Assembly (NCBI RefSeq): GCF_009914755.1
Contig: NC_060931.1
DNA: 64,000 nucleotides
DNA from: the human T2T-CHM13v2.0 reference genome, Homo sapiens
Direction: 5' to 3' (one strand)
Both the position numbers and the translations under genes were made by a program. Each line of letters opens with the position of its first letter. The first letter of the stretch is position 1. Of the stretch, positions 44,861 through 57,800 are shown in pieces. The notes under the pieces were generated by a model, which saw only the letters and a program-made list of their open reading frames with translations, did no database searches and was not told where the DNA came from.

Positions 44861-45849
44861 GTAGGAAGGAAATCTGATACCCGAACTATTAGTTTTTATT
44901 TATCTGACAAAAACATTGCAAATATTTTTAAAAAATAATTACAGGACTTTACCCGGAAATGTATAATTCAATTTAAAATGGAGATAATAAATACAAACTT
45001 ACAATGGTCAGGAAGCCAACCTCTTCTTTTAAATATTTAGAATTTTGTCATACATTTTGTGTAATATACCCAAAAATATGCCTGCACTGTTTGGAAAAAT
45101 GAGAAAAATATAAGAAAAAATCTTAAAGTTATAGATAAAAATATTACATAAAGATATGATTATATAGACACAAAACTGAGCATGGACAGCTGCTATAATA
45201 ATAATACTTGGGATATATTTCAACAACAATAATCAGACTGTTGTTTAGTCCAAGTTTCTAAAACCATTAACCTTTAAAAATTAATGTTTACTTGCTGCTG
45301 AAAAGGGGACTTTTTGTTAGATTTTCAAAGTCCATAAATATTATCATAACATAGTCTTCTTGGAATTATGATTAACACTGTGAGAATTGAAATTAGTTAA
45401 AACACAACACCAAATCACCAATAACAAAAGCTCACCTTCACATGTTAGATCATTGCAACCAAAGCAAGCAATAGCAACTCTGAAAATCTATATGGAAAGA
45501 AATACAAACTTTCTGGAATGTATGGCCACCACCAAAAAAGGCACAGATATTATTTTACAAACACCAGGTTTACAAGTATTGAGAGAGAAAATAAATTCAA
45601 AATGTAATTTAGATCAATCCACACAACAAGACTCGGTTTTGTGCATATAAACCCTCTCTAAAAGCAGCCTCTGAGCTCTGTAGCACTTTTGTCTTTAGCC
45701 TCACTGTGCAGGTGAGTAAAGCCTGGGCCCATGGGAGGAACGTACTGTCTCTGAGTAGCCTCCATCTGAAAGCAAGCAGGAGTTCTGAAAACAATGGTTA
45801 AAGATGTGAATCAAATGCACAAGAAAAACAAACACTATCATAAGAGGTG

Positions 45850-48800
45850 GTGAAAGTCACAATCTTAACATTTAGCTGGGCCCTGTTATGAAACTCTGTA
45901 TACCACCCAAAAAGTTTATACAATACACATTCATGTTTTAAACTGTGTGAGCTTTGTACAAATATGCAACTCAGAACCTTACCTATTGCCCTAAGCCTAG
46001 CTATGAGAGGCAAATATCTCCTGTTGGTTGAATCTCAGTATAAGTTTAGTCATCAATCCTGGGAACTGAAGCGCGGTATATGTCATTATCCCATTTGTGG
46101 GCAAAATACTAGGCAGGGGGGTAATATCCTTTAGGTGTTGTCCCAAGCAACATGTTACAATGCCCTCTCTAGGCAGGCCCTAGGAAGGAGGGTAACATTA
46201 ACTGGGTGCTGGACCTAGCAATAGGACACAATTCCACATGTGGAAAAAACCCAGCCAAGAGATAAAAGACAAAAAACCTACAGAATGGGCCCAAGATATG
46301 TCAAAATACCTTCTGTGGCTCCAGCACATGCAGGAGAGTCACATCATCAGGGTGCTGGGACTAGCAATATGTCATAATTCCCTCTTTATGCAGGACCCAG
46401 GCAGAAGAGTGACATCATCTGGGTGCTGGGCCCAGCAATATGTTAAAATTCCCTTTTTGTGGGCATGGTTCAGGAAAGAGGAGAGTCACATTACCTAAGT
46501 GCTGGACTCAGCAATATGTCACAATCCCCCCATTGTAAAGGCCCAGGTGGAAGAAGAGAGTCACATCACTTAGCTCATAGGCTCAGAGATATGTCCCAAT
46601 GTCCCCAGTAGGCAGGGCTCAGGCAGAAAAGGGAAGTTGTATCACCTAGGTGCTTCTCTAGATGTATGTCACAATGTAACATGTGGGCAGAAACCAGGCA
46701 GAAGAGTCACATCACCTGGGTGCTGGGTCTTGAGGTATGTCACAGGCTACCTTAGGACAAGACCCAGGCAAGAGAGTTACATCACCTAACTTCAGGTTCC
46801 ACCCTTATGTCACAATGCTCCATGTGGACATGGCCCAAGCAGGGTGTCACATCACCTAGGTAATATGCTCAGAGATATGTCACAACACCCTCCTTGGGGA
46901 ATGGCCCAGGCAAAAGAATACCATCATTTCTCTGCCTCATCTAGTTAGATGTCATTATTCTCCCTGTGTGCAGGGCTTATTCAAGAGAGGAGAGCTACAT
47001 CACCTAAGTGGTGGACACAGTGATATGTCACAGTGATTTCAGTCATCATGGTGCAGGCAAGACTGTAACATCACCTGGGTGCTAGATCCAGTGATATGTC
47101 ACAATCCTTACTGATAGAAGGGTCCAGGAAAAAGAGTTACATCACGTAAAGGCTGGTGCAGGTAGATATCACAATCCCTTATGTGGGCTGGAATTAGTCT
47201 GCAGAGTCAAATCACACAAGCGCTTGGCAAAAACTTATATGACAATCACACGGCAGAAAATTTCAGGAAAAAGATTTACTATACCATACACATCCTGTTT
47301 TTATATATGACAGTTGGCTTCATTCATGTGAGAGAGTAACAGTCTTTACTGTCAGCTGGGTGTGCATACGAGACTCACAATTTCACCTGTGTACTGGGCC
47401 CTGTTATGATACTCTATACAATCCAAAAGCTTTATAAAATATGTGTGGGTATTATAGTCTTCTGTGACCTTTTTACCAGAAAAAGATCCAGGATATCACT
47501 CCTGTCCCTAAACCTAGTTATGAGAGTCCAAATTTTCCTACTGGCTGGGTCCACATATGACAGTCATTATCATGCCTGTGAGCTGTGCCTAGGTATATGT
47601 CACAATCACCTCTGTGGTTTTGAGACAGAAAGGACAGCCACATCACCTAAATGCTGGGCCAGAAATATTCCAATATTATCCTTGTAGGCAAGGCCCTGGC
47701 AGAAAATTCGCATAACATGGGTGCTAGGCCCAGCTCTGAGGCACAATGCCTCTTGTGGGCAGTGTCCAGGCAGGATAGGAAATTCATGTCACTTAAATTA
47801 TGGGCCCAGAGATACGTCACAATGCCTCATGCGAACAGGGTTCAGGTAAGAAAGTCATATCATTTGGAAGCAGTGCTTAGAAATGCTACAATCTCCACAG
47901 GAAGCAGGGTTCAGGCAGGAGAGGAGAATCATGTAACCTAGATGCTGGGTATAAAGGTATGCTACAATCCCCCCCTGAGGACACTGTTAAAACAAGAAAG
48001 TCAAATCACTAAGGAGCCTGGCCCTGGTATATGTCAAAATCTCATGTGTGTGCTAGACCTAGGAAGAGTTATTAAATCACTCAGGAGCTGGGCAAAGGTA
48101 TATGTCACAAAAACACCTGTGGAAAGGCCCAGAGATGAGAGTCACCATTCTGAACATGTCCTGGCTTCAGGCATGAATACTGGTCTCAGGTTTATGGTGC
48201 AATATCACCTGTGGGCAAGGAGAAAGCAGAAAAGTCACATCGCCTGGGTGGGTGTGGGTCCAGTGAGATGTCACAATCCTCTTTATGGGCAGGAACCTGG
48301 CAGAAGAATCCATCACCTGGATGCTGCTTCCAGTGATACATCTAAATCCCCACTTTGTTCAGGACTTAGGCAAGAGAGGAGACTCACCTCACCTAGGCAA
48401 TTGGTCTAGATATATGTCACAATGGCCCTTATGTGCAGTACTGAGGCAGGAGGGTGACCTCACATTGGTGCTGGGCCCAGCAATGTGTCAAAATCTTCCC
48501 TGTGGTCAAGGCCCAGGCAAAAGTGGAGAAACATCACCTAGGTTACAAAGCTTCCTGTTGGAAGAACCCAAAAAGGAGAGTCACATCACCTGGGTGCAGT
48601 ACCCAGTTATGTGTCACAATGCAGCATAAGTGCAGGGACAAGGCAGTAGAAGGGAGTCACATCACTTACATGGTGGACCTAGATATAAGCCACAATACTT
48701 TTTATAAGCAGGGCTCAGGCAAATAATTCACATCACCTGCGTGCTTGTCCTAGTAATACGTAAAAGTGCCCTTTGTAGGCAGGCCCAGGCACCTTCGCTT

Positions 48801-51800
48801 AGGTGTATGGTCCACGTATGTCAAAATTTCATCTATGGTCATGGCCTAAAAAGGAGAGTCAAATTATTCAGGAGCTGGGCTAACTTTTATGTCCTAATCA
48901 CACACTTGGAAATATTCAGAAGTAAGTTTCACAGTCCCACTCAGGTCCTGGCTTCATGTATGTGAGTCAACACCTCCTGTGAGTTGGGTCAAAGCAGAGT
49001 CACAATCTCAACAGTGGGCAAGATCCATGTATAAGATGCCCAATCCCACCTGAAGATTGTGTTCCAGTAGGGGAGCCCCAACCTCACAGGTGTGCTGAAT
49101 ATGCATCACCAAACCACCTGTGGGTCAGATCTGTGTACGAGAGGAACAATTTCAACCTTCAATTGCTCTTTTGTGTGAGTTTTAGTACCTTGTATGTAGG
49201 CCCTGTTCTTGTGAGAGAATGACAATCGGGTCAGCTGGGTAAGCATCCAAGAGTCACAATCGCACCTGGTTGCTGTTCCCTGCTATGACACTCTTTGTAC
49301 CACTCAGGCTTTATATGATGTGCCTGAGTGTCATAATCCTCTGTGAGCTTTATACAAACAGGGGACCCTTTACTTTACTTATGGCCATAGGACTGGCTAT
49401 AAGAGTCCAAATATCTCTCCTTTCTGGGTCCCGGTATAATAGTTATATTTGTGCATGTGAGCTGAACGCAGGTATAAGTCACAATTTCACTTGTGGGCAG
49501 AAAAGAGGCAGGAGAGTCTCATCGCCTGGATTCTGAGCTCAGGATATATTATAATTTCCTTTGCAGGCAGGGCCAAGTCAGAAGAGTCACATCACCTGGA
49601 TACAGCCTCAAGTCATGTGGTACCATGTCCACTGTAGACAGGGCTGAAGAAGAAGAGGAGAGTCACATCACCTAGCTGCTGGGCTCAGCAATATGTAACA
49701 ATCCCCTCTTTTGGCAGACTCCAGAATAAAGAGGAGAGTTGCATTACCTAGGTTTTGCACTCAGTGGTATGTCACAATTCCTTTAGTGGGCAGGACCTAG
49801 GCAGGAGAGAAGAGTCACATTTCCTAGATGCTATGTCCAACGATGTCACAATGTTCCTTGGGGGCAAAGCACAGGAAAAGTAGGCAAATCACATAGCTGA
49901 TAGGCTCAGAGATATGTGATAATATCCCTTGTTGGCAGGGCCCAGGCAGAAGAGTCACATTATTATGATTCTGACCCAACAATATGTCCCAATGCACACA
50001 TGGGAAACAATTTAAGCAAAAGTTTTCACAGCTGGGTACTAGGCCCAGCGATATGACACAATCTCCTCATCTTTGAGGGTGACACCTTTAACTGTTAGCT
50101 AGGTGGGTATATGAGAGTCACAATGTCACGTGTGTGCTGGGCCATCGTATGACATCCTCTACAACATCTGAGGGCTTTATACGGCATGCATGAGAGTTGC
50201 AAACTACTCTAAGGCCCACATGCTCATATGGACTCACAATCTTATATATTGCCTTAAACACAGGCATGATAGTCAACATCTCTCATTCAGGCTGAGTTCA
50301 GGAATGAGACCCATTTTTATCCCTGTGAGCTGGGTTCAAAAAAGAGTCACGATTGCACCTGTGGCCAGATCCACATATGAGAGTCACAATTCCATCTTTG
50401 TACTCTTTTCAATTGTTAGACTCAGTACCTCAACAGTGGGCTTTTTAAATGTGGGATGGTGACAACTGTTACTTTCACTTGAGTGTGTAATTGACAGTCA
50501 TAATCTTAACTTTTTGCTGGGCCTTGTTATGAAGCTCTCTGTACCACCTAAGGAGTTTACACAATATGAATCAGTGTTGTAAACTTCTGTGAGCTTTGCA
50601 CAAATATGCAACCGAGGATTTTACCTATTGCCCTAAGCCTAGCAATGAGAGGCAAAATACCTTCTATTGGCTGCATCCCAGTATAAGTTTGACCATCATG
50701 CCTATGGACTGAAGCAAGGTATATGTCATAATCCCATTTGTGGGCAAAAAATTAAGAAAAAGAGTAACATCACTTAGGTGATGTGGCAAGCAACGTGTCA
50801 CAATGCCCTCTCTAGGCAGAACCTAAGAAGGAGGGTCACATTAACTGTGTGCTGGACCCAACAATATGACACAATTCCACATGTGGAAAAACTTAGCCAA
50901 GTGATGAGAGCCAAAACACCTACAGAATGGGCCAAAGATATTTCAAAATACTCTCTATGGCTCTGGCACAGGCAGGACAGTACCATCATCATGGTGCTGG
51001 GCCCACCAGTAAGCAAAAATTCCCTCTTTATTCAGGACTCTGGCAGAAGAGTAACATCATCTGGGTGCAATAGGTCAAAATTTCCCTTTGACATGGTTCA
51101 GATAAAAGAGTAGAGTCAGATGACCTAAATGCTGGGCTCAGGAATATGTCAAAACCCCACCATTTTAAAGGACCTGGCAGAAGAAGAGAGTCCTATAACT
51201 TAGGCCATGGGCTCAGAGACATATTCCAATGTCCCCAGTAGGCAGGACTCAGGAAGAATAGGAGAGTCATATCACCTAGGCACTTCTTTAGGTATATGTC
51301 ACAGTCTAACACATGGGCAGAAACCAGGCAGAAGAGTCACATCACCTGAGTGCTGGGTCCTGAGATATGTTGCAGGGCTCCCTTAGGACAGGACCAAGGT
51401 GAAAGAGTTACAACACCTTTGGTGCAGGTTTAACTTTTATGTCACAATGTTCTACGTCGGTGAGGCCCAAGCGTTGAGTCATATCACCTCGGTGATAGGT
51501 CCAGAGATATGTCACAATGCCCTCCTTGAAACATAGCCCTGGAAAAAGAGTACCAACACCTGTGTGTCTGGCCTAGGAAGATGTCACTACCACTCCGTAT
51601 TCAGGGTCCATTCCAGAGAGGAGAGTTACATCACCTAAGTGGTGGACACAGTGATATGTCACAATGATGTCTCTGTGCATGGTCCAGGCAAGAATGTAAC
51701 ATCACTTGGGTGTTAGATCCAGTGATATGTCACAACCCTTACTGAGAGAAGGACCCAGGCAGGAGAGTCACATTATCTAGAGGTTGGCCCAGGTAGAGAT

Positions 51801-52478
51801 CACAATCCCGTATATATGGGCTGGAACCAGTTTGGAGAGTCAAATCACACAGATGCTTGGCAAAGATTTATATCACAGTCACACTGAGAGAATATTCGAG
51901 ATGAGATTTACAATACCACACATGTCCTCTTTTCATGTGTGACAGTTGGCTTCATGTATGTAAGATGGTGACAGTCCTTACAGTCAGCTGGGTGTACATA
52001 TGAGACTCACAATTTCTCCTTTCTGCTGGGTTCTGTTCTGACACTCTCTGTACAAGCCAAGGGCTGCAAATTATCTGAGGCTGTTATAATCTTCTGTGAC
52101 CTTTTCGCCAGAAAGAGATCTAAGACATCACTTATGTTTCTAAAGCAAGTTACAAGAGTCAAAATTACTCCTACTTGTGGGGTCCACATATAAGAGTCAT
52201 TATCATGCCTGTGAGCTGTGCCTAGGTAAATGTCAAAACTTACTCTGTGGTAATGAAAGGCATGACAGCCATATAACCTATATGCTGAGGCAGAAATGTT
52301 CCGATGTTCTCCTTGTAGGCAAGTTCCTGGCAGAAAAGTAACATAACTTCGGGGCTATGCCCAACCGTATGGCACAATGCCCCTTGTGGGCAGTGTCCAG
52401 GCAGAAGAGGAGAGTCATGTCACATAAATGATAGGACCAGAGATATGTCACAATGCCTTCTGTTGAAAGGGCCAGGCA
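45850..52478 (+). repeat. Complex beta-satellite (BSR, ~68-bp monomer) array with spacer blocks and a ~4.63-kb higher-order repeat
   Basis: Recurrent gagagtcacatcacctgggtgctgggcccag..atatgtcacaat.ccc..tgtgggcagg unit; anchors repeat at offsets of 4631-4642 bp. Confidence 0.92.
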
Positions 52479-52479
52479 C

Positions 52480-54700
52480 GTATCATTTCTGATTATAGTC
52501 ATTTTAACTGGAGTGGTTTGGTATCTTATTGTGACTGATTTGCATTTTTCTAATAATAATCTTGAGCATCTTTGCAGTACTTGGCCATTTGTATGTCTTC
52601 TTTGGAGAAATGTCACTTAAGGTCTCTTGCGTATTACTAAATTGTGTGTTATTTTTGCTGTTAAGTTATATGTTCTGTATGTTTATCCCTTGTCATATAT
52701 TTTGCAAATATATTCTCTCACACTGTAAGTTGCCTCTTCACTCTGTTATTTTTGCTATGTATTTTTTTTTTTAATTCTGGTAATTTCACTTCTCTGCTTT
52801 TGCTTTTGTTGCCTGTGCTTTTGAGGTCTTATTTAAATTTTTTTTCCCTGTCCTATTGGAGAAAGAATTTTTCTGTTTTATTCAAATAGTTTTATGAGTT
52901 TAAGTTTTACATTCAAATCTTCTATTTATTTTTAATTAAGTTGTTTTAATATGGTAACAGGTAGGCACCTAGTTGTATTCCTCTGTATTTAAAAAAAATC
53001 AATTTTCCTAGCACCATTCATTGAAAATGTTGTCTTTTTTACATGTGTTCTAAACAACTTAAAAATTATTTGTCTCTATGTTTATGAATTTATTACTGGT
53101 ATCACTGAATACTTTGGTCTCTGTGTCTGTTTTCTATGCCAGTATCATGCTGTTTTGCTTGTTATAGCTTTGCAGTATATTTTGAAGTCAGACAGTTTGA
53201 TACTTTCAGTTTTGTTATTTTTTCACAAGATTACTTTGACTATTTGGGAAGGTGTTTTGTTTTTTTTTTTTGGTTCCCCATAAATTTTAGGCCTGTTTTT
53301 TCCATTTCTGTGAAAAAATGTCATTGGTATTTATAGAGTTTGCATTGAATCTGTAAATTACCTTGAGTAGCATAGCCATTGTAACAAAATTTTTTATAAC
53401 TCATGAGCAAAAAACTCTCAAATTTTTTATGTTTTCAGTTTCTTCATCAATGTTTTATAATTTATAGTGTAGACAGTGTTTATCTTTTTAATTAAGTTTA
53501 CTGCTAGACACGTTTACTTTTTATTCTAGATGCAGAAAAAGTATTTGGAAAAATTTAAAATGCTTTTGTGATTAAAACAACTGAACAAAACAAATTAGGT
53601 CTAGATGATATGTACCTCAATGCAGTTAAGGCAAAATATGACAAATCAATAGCTGATATCACACTGAACCGAAAAAGAAGAAAGCTTTTTTTTTTTTTTC
53701 CTGAGTTGCTTCAGGAAGTAAAACATTTAATGCAAGCTTTATTTTCCCTAAAACTAGTAAACACAGGGAAGCAAACCTCTTTGAAATTGCAGTTGTAAAC
53801 CTCATTTCCTAATTCATGCTTTTATGTATTTTCTCTTTTTATTTTTTTATTTTATTTTTTATTAAACTTTAAGTTTTAGGGTACATGTGCACATTGTGCA
53901 GGTTAGTTACATATGTATACATGTGCCATGCTGGTGCGCTGCACCCACTAACTCGTCATCTAGCATTAGGTATATCTCCCAATGCTATCCCTCCCCCCTC
54001 CCCCCACCCCACAACAGTCCCCAGAGTGTAATATTCCCCTTCCTGTGTCCATGTGATCTTGTTGTTCAATTCCCACCTATGAGTGAGAATATGCGGTGTT
54101 TGGTTTTTTGTTCTTGTGATAGTTTACTGAGAATGATGATTTCCAATTTCATCCATGTCCCTACAAAGGACATGAACTCATCATTTTTTATGGCTGCATA
54201 GTATTCCATGGTGTATATGTGCCACATTTTCTTAATCCAGTCTATCATTGTTGGACTTTTGGGTTGGTTCCAAGTCTTTGCTATTGTGAATAATGCCGCA
54301 ATAAACATAAGTGTGCATGTGTCTTTATAGCTTTTTATTTAAGACCTGAAAGAAGACAGTGATATCTGCTTTTATCACTTTTATTCAGCAGAGTACTGGA
54401 AGTCCCAGCCAGATCATACATGAAAGAGAAAGCCATAAAAGACATCCAAAGACATAAAAGACATCCAAATAAAGGAGGAGAAAGTCAAATTGTCTGTGTT
54501 TGCAGATCACGTAATTGTCTATATAGCAAAACTTAAATACTATACTAAAAATCTTGAGAATTAATAAAGAAATTCAGTAAAGTGGCAGAATACCAAATTA
54601 ACATACAAAAATTACTAGGAGCATTTTTACATGCCAAGAATAAGCCATCTGAAATAGAAATTCAAGAAAAAATTATTTACAACAGCTATAAAAAATAAGT
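52480..54700 (-). mobile_element. Old L1M ORF2 with a 5'-inverted segment (~53525-54700)
   Basis: Antisense ORF2 to ~53520, then the sense RT-region gatgcagaaaaagtatttg...acaacagctataaaaaataa, which is the adjacent upstream L1 sequence. Confidence 0.8.
53686..54328 (-). mobile_element. Young 5'-truncated L1PA2-type element (53836-54328) with a 3' transduction (53700-53835) and a second poly-A
   Basis: cattgtgcaggttagttacatatg and ggtgcgctgcacccactaactcgtcatctagc diagnostics; ORF2 C-terminus MFIAALFTIAKTWNQPK; TSD agcttttt at 53683 and 54329. Confidence 0.9.
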
Positions 54701-54859
54701 CTTACTTCATTTTAAGTTCATGCTTGTGCTAAGGTTCAACTTTATTTTTTATCATTTGGATATTCAGTATTCTCCAAACCATTTGTTAAAAAGACTGTTC
54801 CTTTATCATTTTGAGTGACACAGACAGGAGATAGCCAAGGGACCTTTTCTCATTTTGAG

Positions 54860-57800
54860 TGATAGAGACCGGAGACAGTCTACGGTCCTGGGTGAAACTC
54901 CGCCTTCAAGCCTAAAACAGCAAGAAGGCTGAAAAACCAGATGGCTGGTTTCAGATGAAGCTTGCCCTTTCCTGACTGTTTCTCTCTGAGTAATACCCAC
55001 CTGTGCACTGGGAAAAGGAGGTGGAGCCAGGGAAATTCACACCTCTTGGCAGGGGAGGAGCCTGGACTCTTCAGTTGCTATGTGGTGACCTGGTGTTCAT
55101 CAATATGTGAGGTGGGCGTCTGTTAACAGGAATCCCTCTCACTTTGCTGACAGTTTTTCTCTTTTTCCTTTTCCTTTTTGCCCAATAAACTTTACTCCTC
55201 ACCCTTCAGTGTGTCCGATAGCCTATTCGTTCATGGTCATGTGACAAGATGCTGGTTTTAGCTGAACTAAGGAAAAAGTTCTGGAACATTTCAGTGACTA
55301 GATGTGGGGCTTCAGGAAGGATAAGATGTAAACCAAAAAATCATTTTCTCTTTTGTTTGTAAGCCTTTTCATCCTTGGACTTCTCCCGGGGGTAGAGGAA
55401 ACTGCACCACCCCACCCCAACAGCCCCAGGCACATGCGGGATGGACAGGTGAATGGCGGCTCCTCATCCCCATGTCCTCTGGGCTGGAAAATGCCAGGCA
55501 TTCATGGTGTCCTACCCTTCACCTGCCAAGGAATCCAGCCTCATCCAACAACAATTAAGTTTTTCTCTCTGTTGAAGAAACCCATTTGCGTAAGAATGAA
55601 AATTTTCTTCCCTGCCCTACACTTAAGCCTTTTTTTTTTCTTTTCTTCACCCTCTCAGCAGTTTACTTTTAAGCAAAAGGCTTTTTTCTTCTTCTTAGAA
55701 AATGTTTTGCTGGGCTTGGACCCCAACGTTCACTGTTTATATTCTCTGTAGAGTTTTAATTGTGAAAGGGTATTTGTGAGGTTAGTCTTGACCTGTGGCC
55801 AATCTGGTGTGCTTTGTATGTCATTCTCTAAGGTTGTTAGGAAATTTTGCTGCAGGCCTCCATCTTGTTTTATGTTTTTAGGAGCAGGACTTGTCACCAC
55901 GTGGCAATGTTTTGTTTTGGCCTCTGCCATTTTACAATGGTGGCCCAGGTTTAATTCTGGCTTCGGGAATGAATCCCTTCTGGTTTCATATCAGTTTGTA
56001 ACTTTTGCCGTTTGCGGATTCTCTTCCCCTTCCCAAACTGCCTTAATTTTTTTTTTTCCTCTGAGCACCTGGTAAGCTACCTTTGGTAAAGTTTGCAAGC
56101 CAGAAATACTGGCTGCTCGGCACTGCTAGAGTCAAGAAATAAAGAATTTAACAGGATTTTCTTAAAGAGTGCTCAACTTAATTAAAAGTGGATATCCAAA
56201 TTATAGGTATATTTAAAAGACCTTTATGTTTTTCTCTTCTGGGATCTTGTTTTGCTGGGAAAAGGTTTTTTCTCAGCCAGTTGAATTCTTTTTCTTCATT
56301 TTGTCTTGCCACTCTAATGCATGCATGAGAGGCCAGTAATTCAATCAGGAAATTGGCAAATAAAAAATCTTATGGTTACAGGGTTTTCTTCTGCCTGTCT
56401 GTGTAGTTATGTATGTGTTGTGTGTGTAGTGACTATAAAAAAAAGCTCTAATAAATTTACTTAAAGAATGATGAGAACTTGGATCAAATATTTTTTAAAT
56501 GAAGATAAAAGCTATGTACCTTTTAGTTCACATGACTTTAATCTTTGAGAAATAAAAGCAGCCTTAAATATTATGGGTAAAACACAAATGTCATCAATAT
56601 ATGAGTAGGTGAACTAAATTATGCAGGTCAGACACTAGGTTTGCTATATGTTTTAAGGTTATAAACTGCTTTTTAAGTTTTTGAGAACAGTTAAACTTTG
56701 CTTCACAACTGGAAAGACCTGAAGGACAAATGGAATTAACCACACCCTTAATTATGCTGAAAGTGTCAAACCCTTGGCTGCACCTAGCACATAATTAAAA
56801 CAATTTACCTGGTTTTACATTACAGTTAAAATTGCTAGAAGTTACCATTGTAACATGTAACTGAAACCATTGGAAGTAGATTTACATACAAGGTGTGTAA
56901 GAACAGTAAAATGTGTTTATAATAAAAGATTATAAGAAGGCTTGGAAATATAAATTATTGCCTAGGGTCAAATAATTGTTTTGAGTTAGATAAGACAAAG
57001 CTAAACATTCAAACAAGTTGTGGAAGGATTGCAAAAAATAAATCTTGCCAAAGAAATTACGTGTGTGAACATTAATTAAATTCAAAAAGGTATCATATGG
57101 TTTTTTTTGTAAAATTGAGCATTGAAATAAATGCGCAACAAGGTACTCTTAAGGCACTAATCTGCTCTTTAGCAAAATTTGTAAAGAATTATAAAAGGCT
57201 TTTGCTTTTTACATTTCTAAGTCATCATTTTGGTTAAATAAGTAATTTATGGCAATCTGGAATTTTATTTCATAACATGAAGTATTTTAAACCCCTAACA
57301 TGTAACATCCTTCTCAAAATCAAACTTTAGTTACAAAATTGTCTTTCCTAATTCCCGGCTTTTGGATGCTAAAGAGGGCCCTTGGAGTATCCACAAGAGA
57401 GGTAAACAGGATTATATGACATGTTTAGTTACATGGAATTGCCAAAATGGTGTTTAATATTCTTTAGATGATATTTTGGTGAATAACACTAATATATGTT
57501 CCAAAATTGTATGGGATTTCTAAAATTCTAATTTCTGAAGTATATGCTATCAACCACAATTAAGGATTTTATGTTAAGCTTTTGTATGTTAAGTTTTATG
57601 TTAAATTTTTGTCAATCATGTTTTTGACTGTAACTACTCTAGACATTTTGTTATACACAGACAATTGTCCTGTTTTGATTTTTTCAAAAAATGTTTTTTA
57701 ATCAGCTATAGAACTTTGACAGGTATTCTCAAATGCAGGCTTCTGATAACTTTGGAGCCTGTGATATTTGGAATACAGGATAAATGTACAGGACTCACGA

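Noticed and set aside
45850-52478. Repeat-and-spacer pattern as a CRISPR-like array; ORFs at 46238-51113
   Set aside because: Eukaryotic beta-satellite with diverged tandem monomers, no unique spacers and no cas genes; the ORFs are satellite translations.
54066-54308. 80-aa ORF MFIAALFTIAKTWNQPK
   Set aside because: C-terminus of L1 ORF2p in a truncated element.
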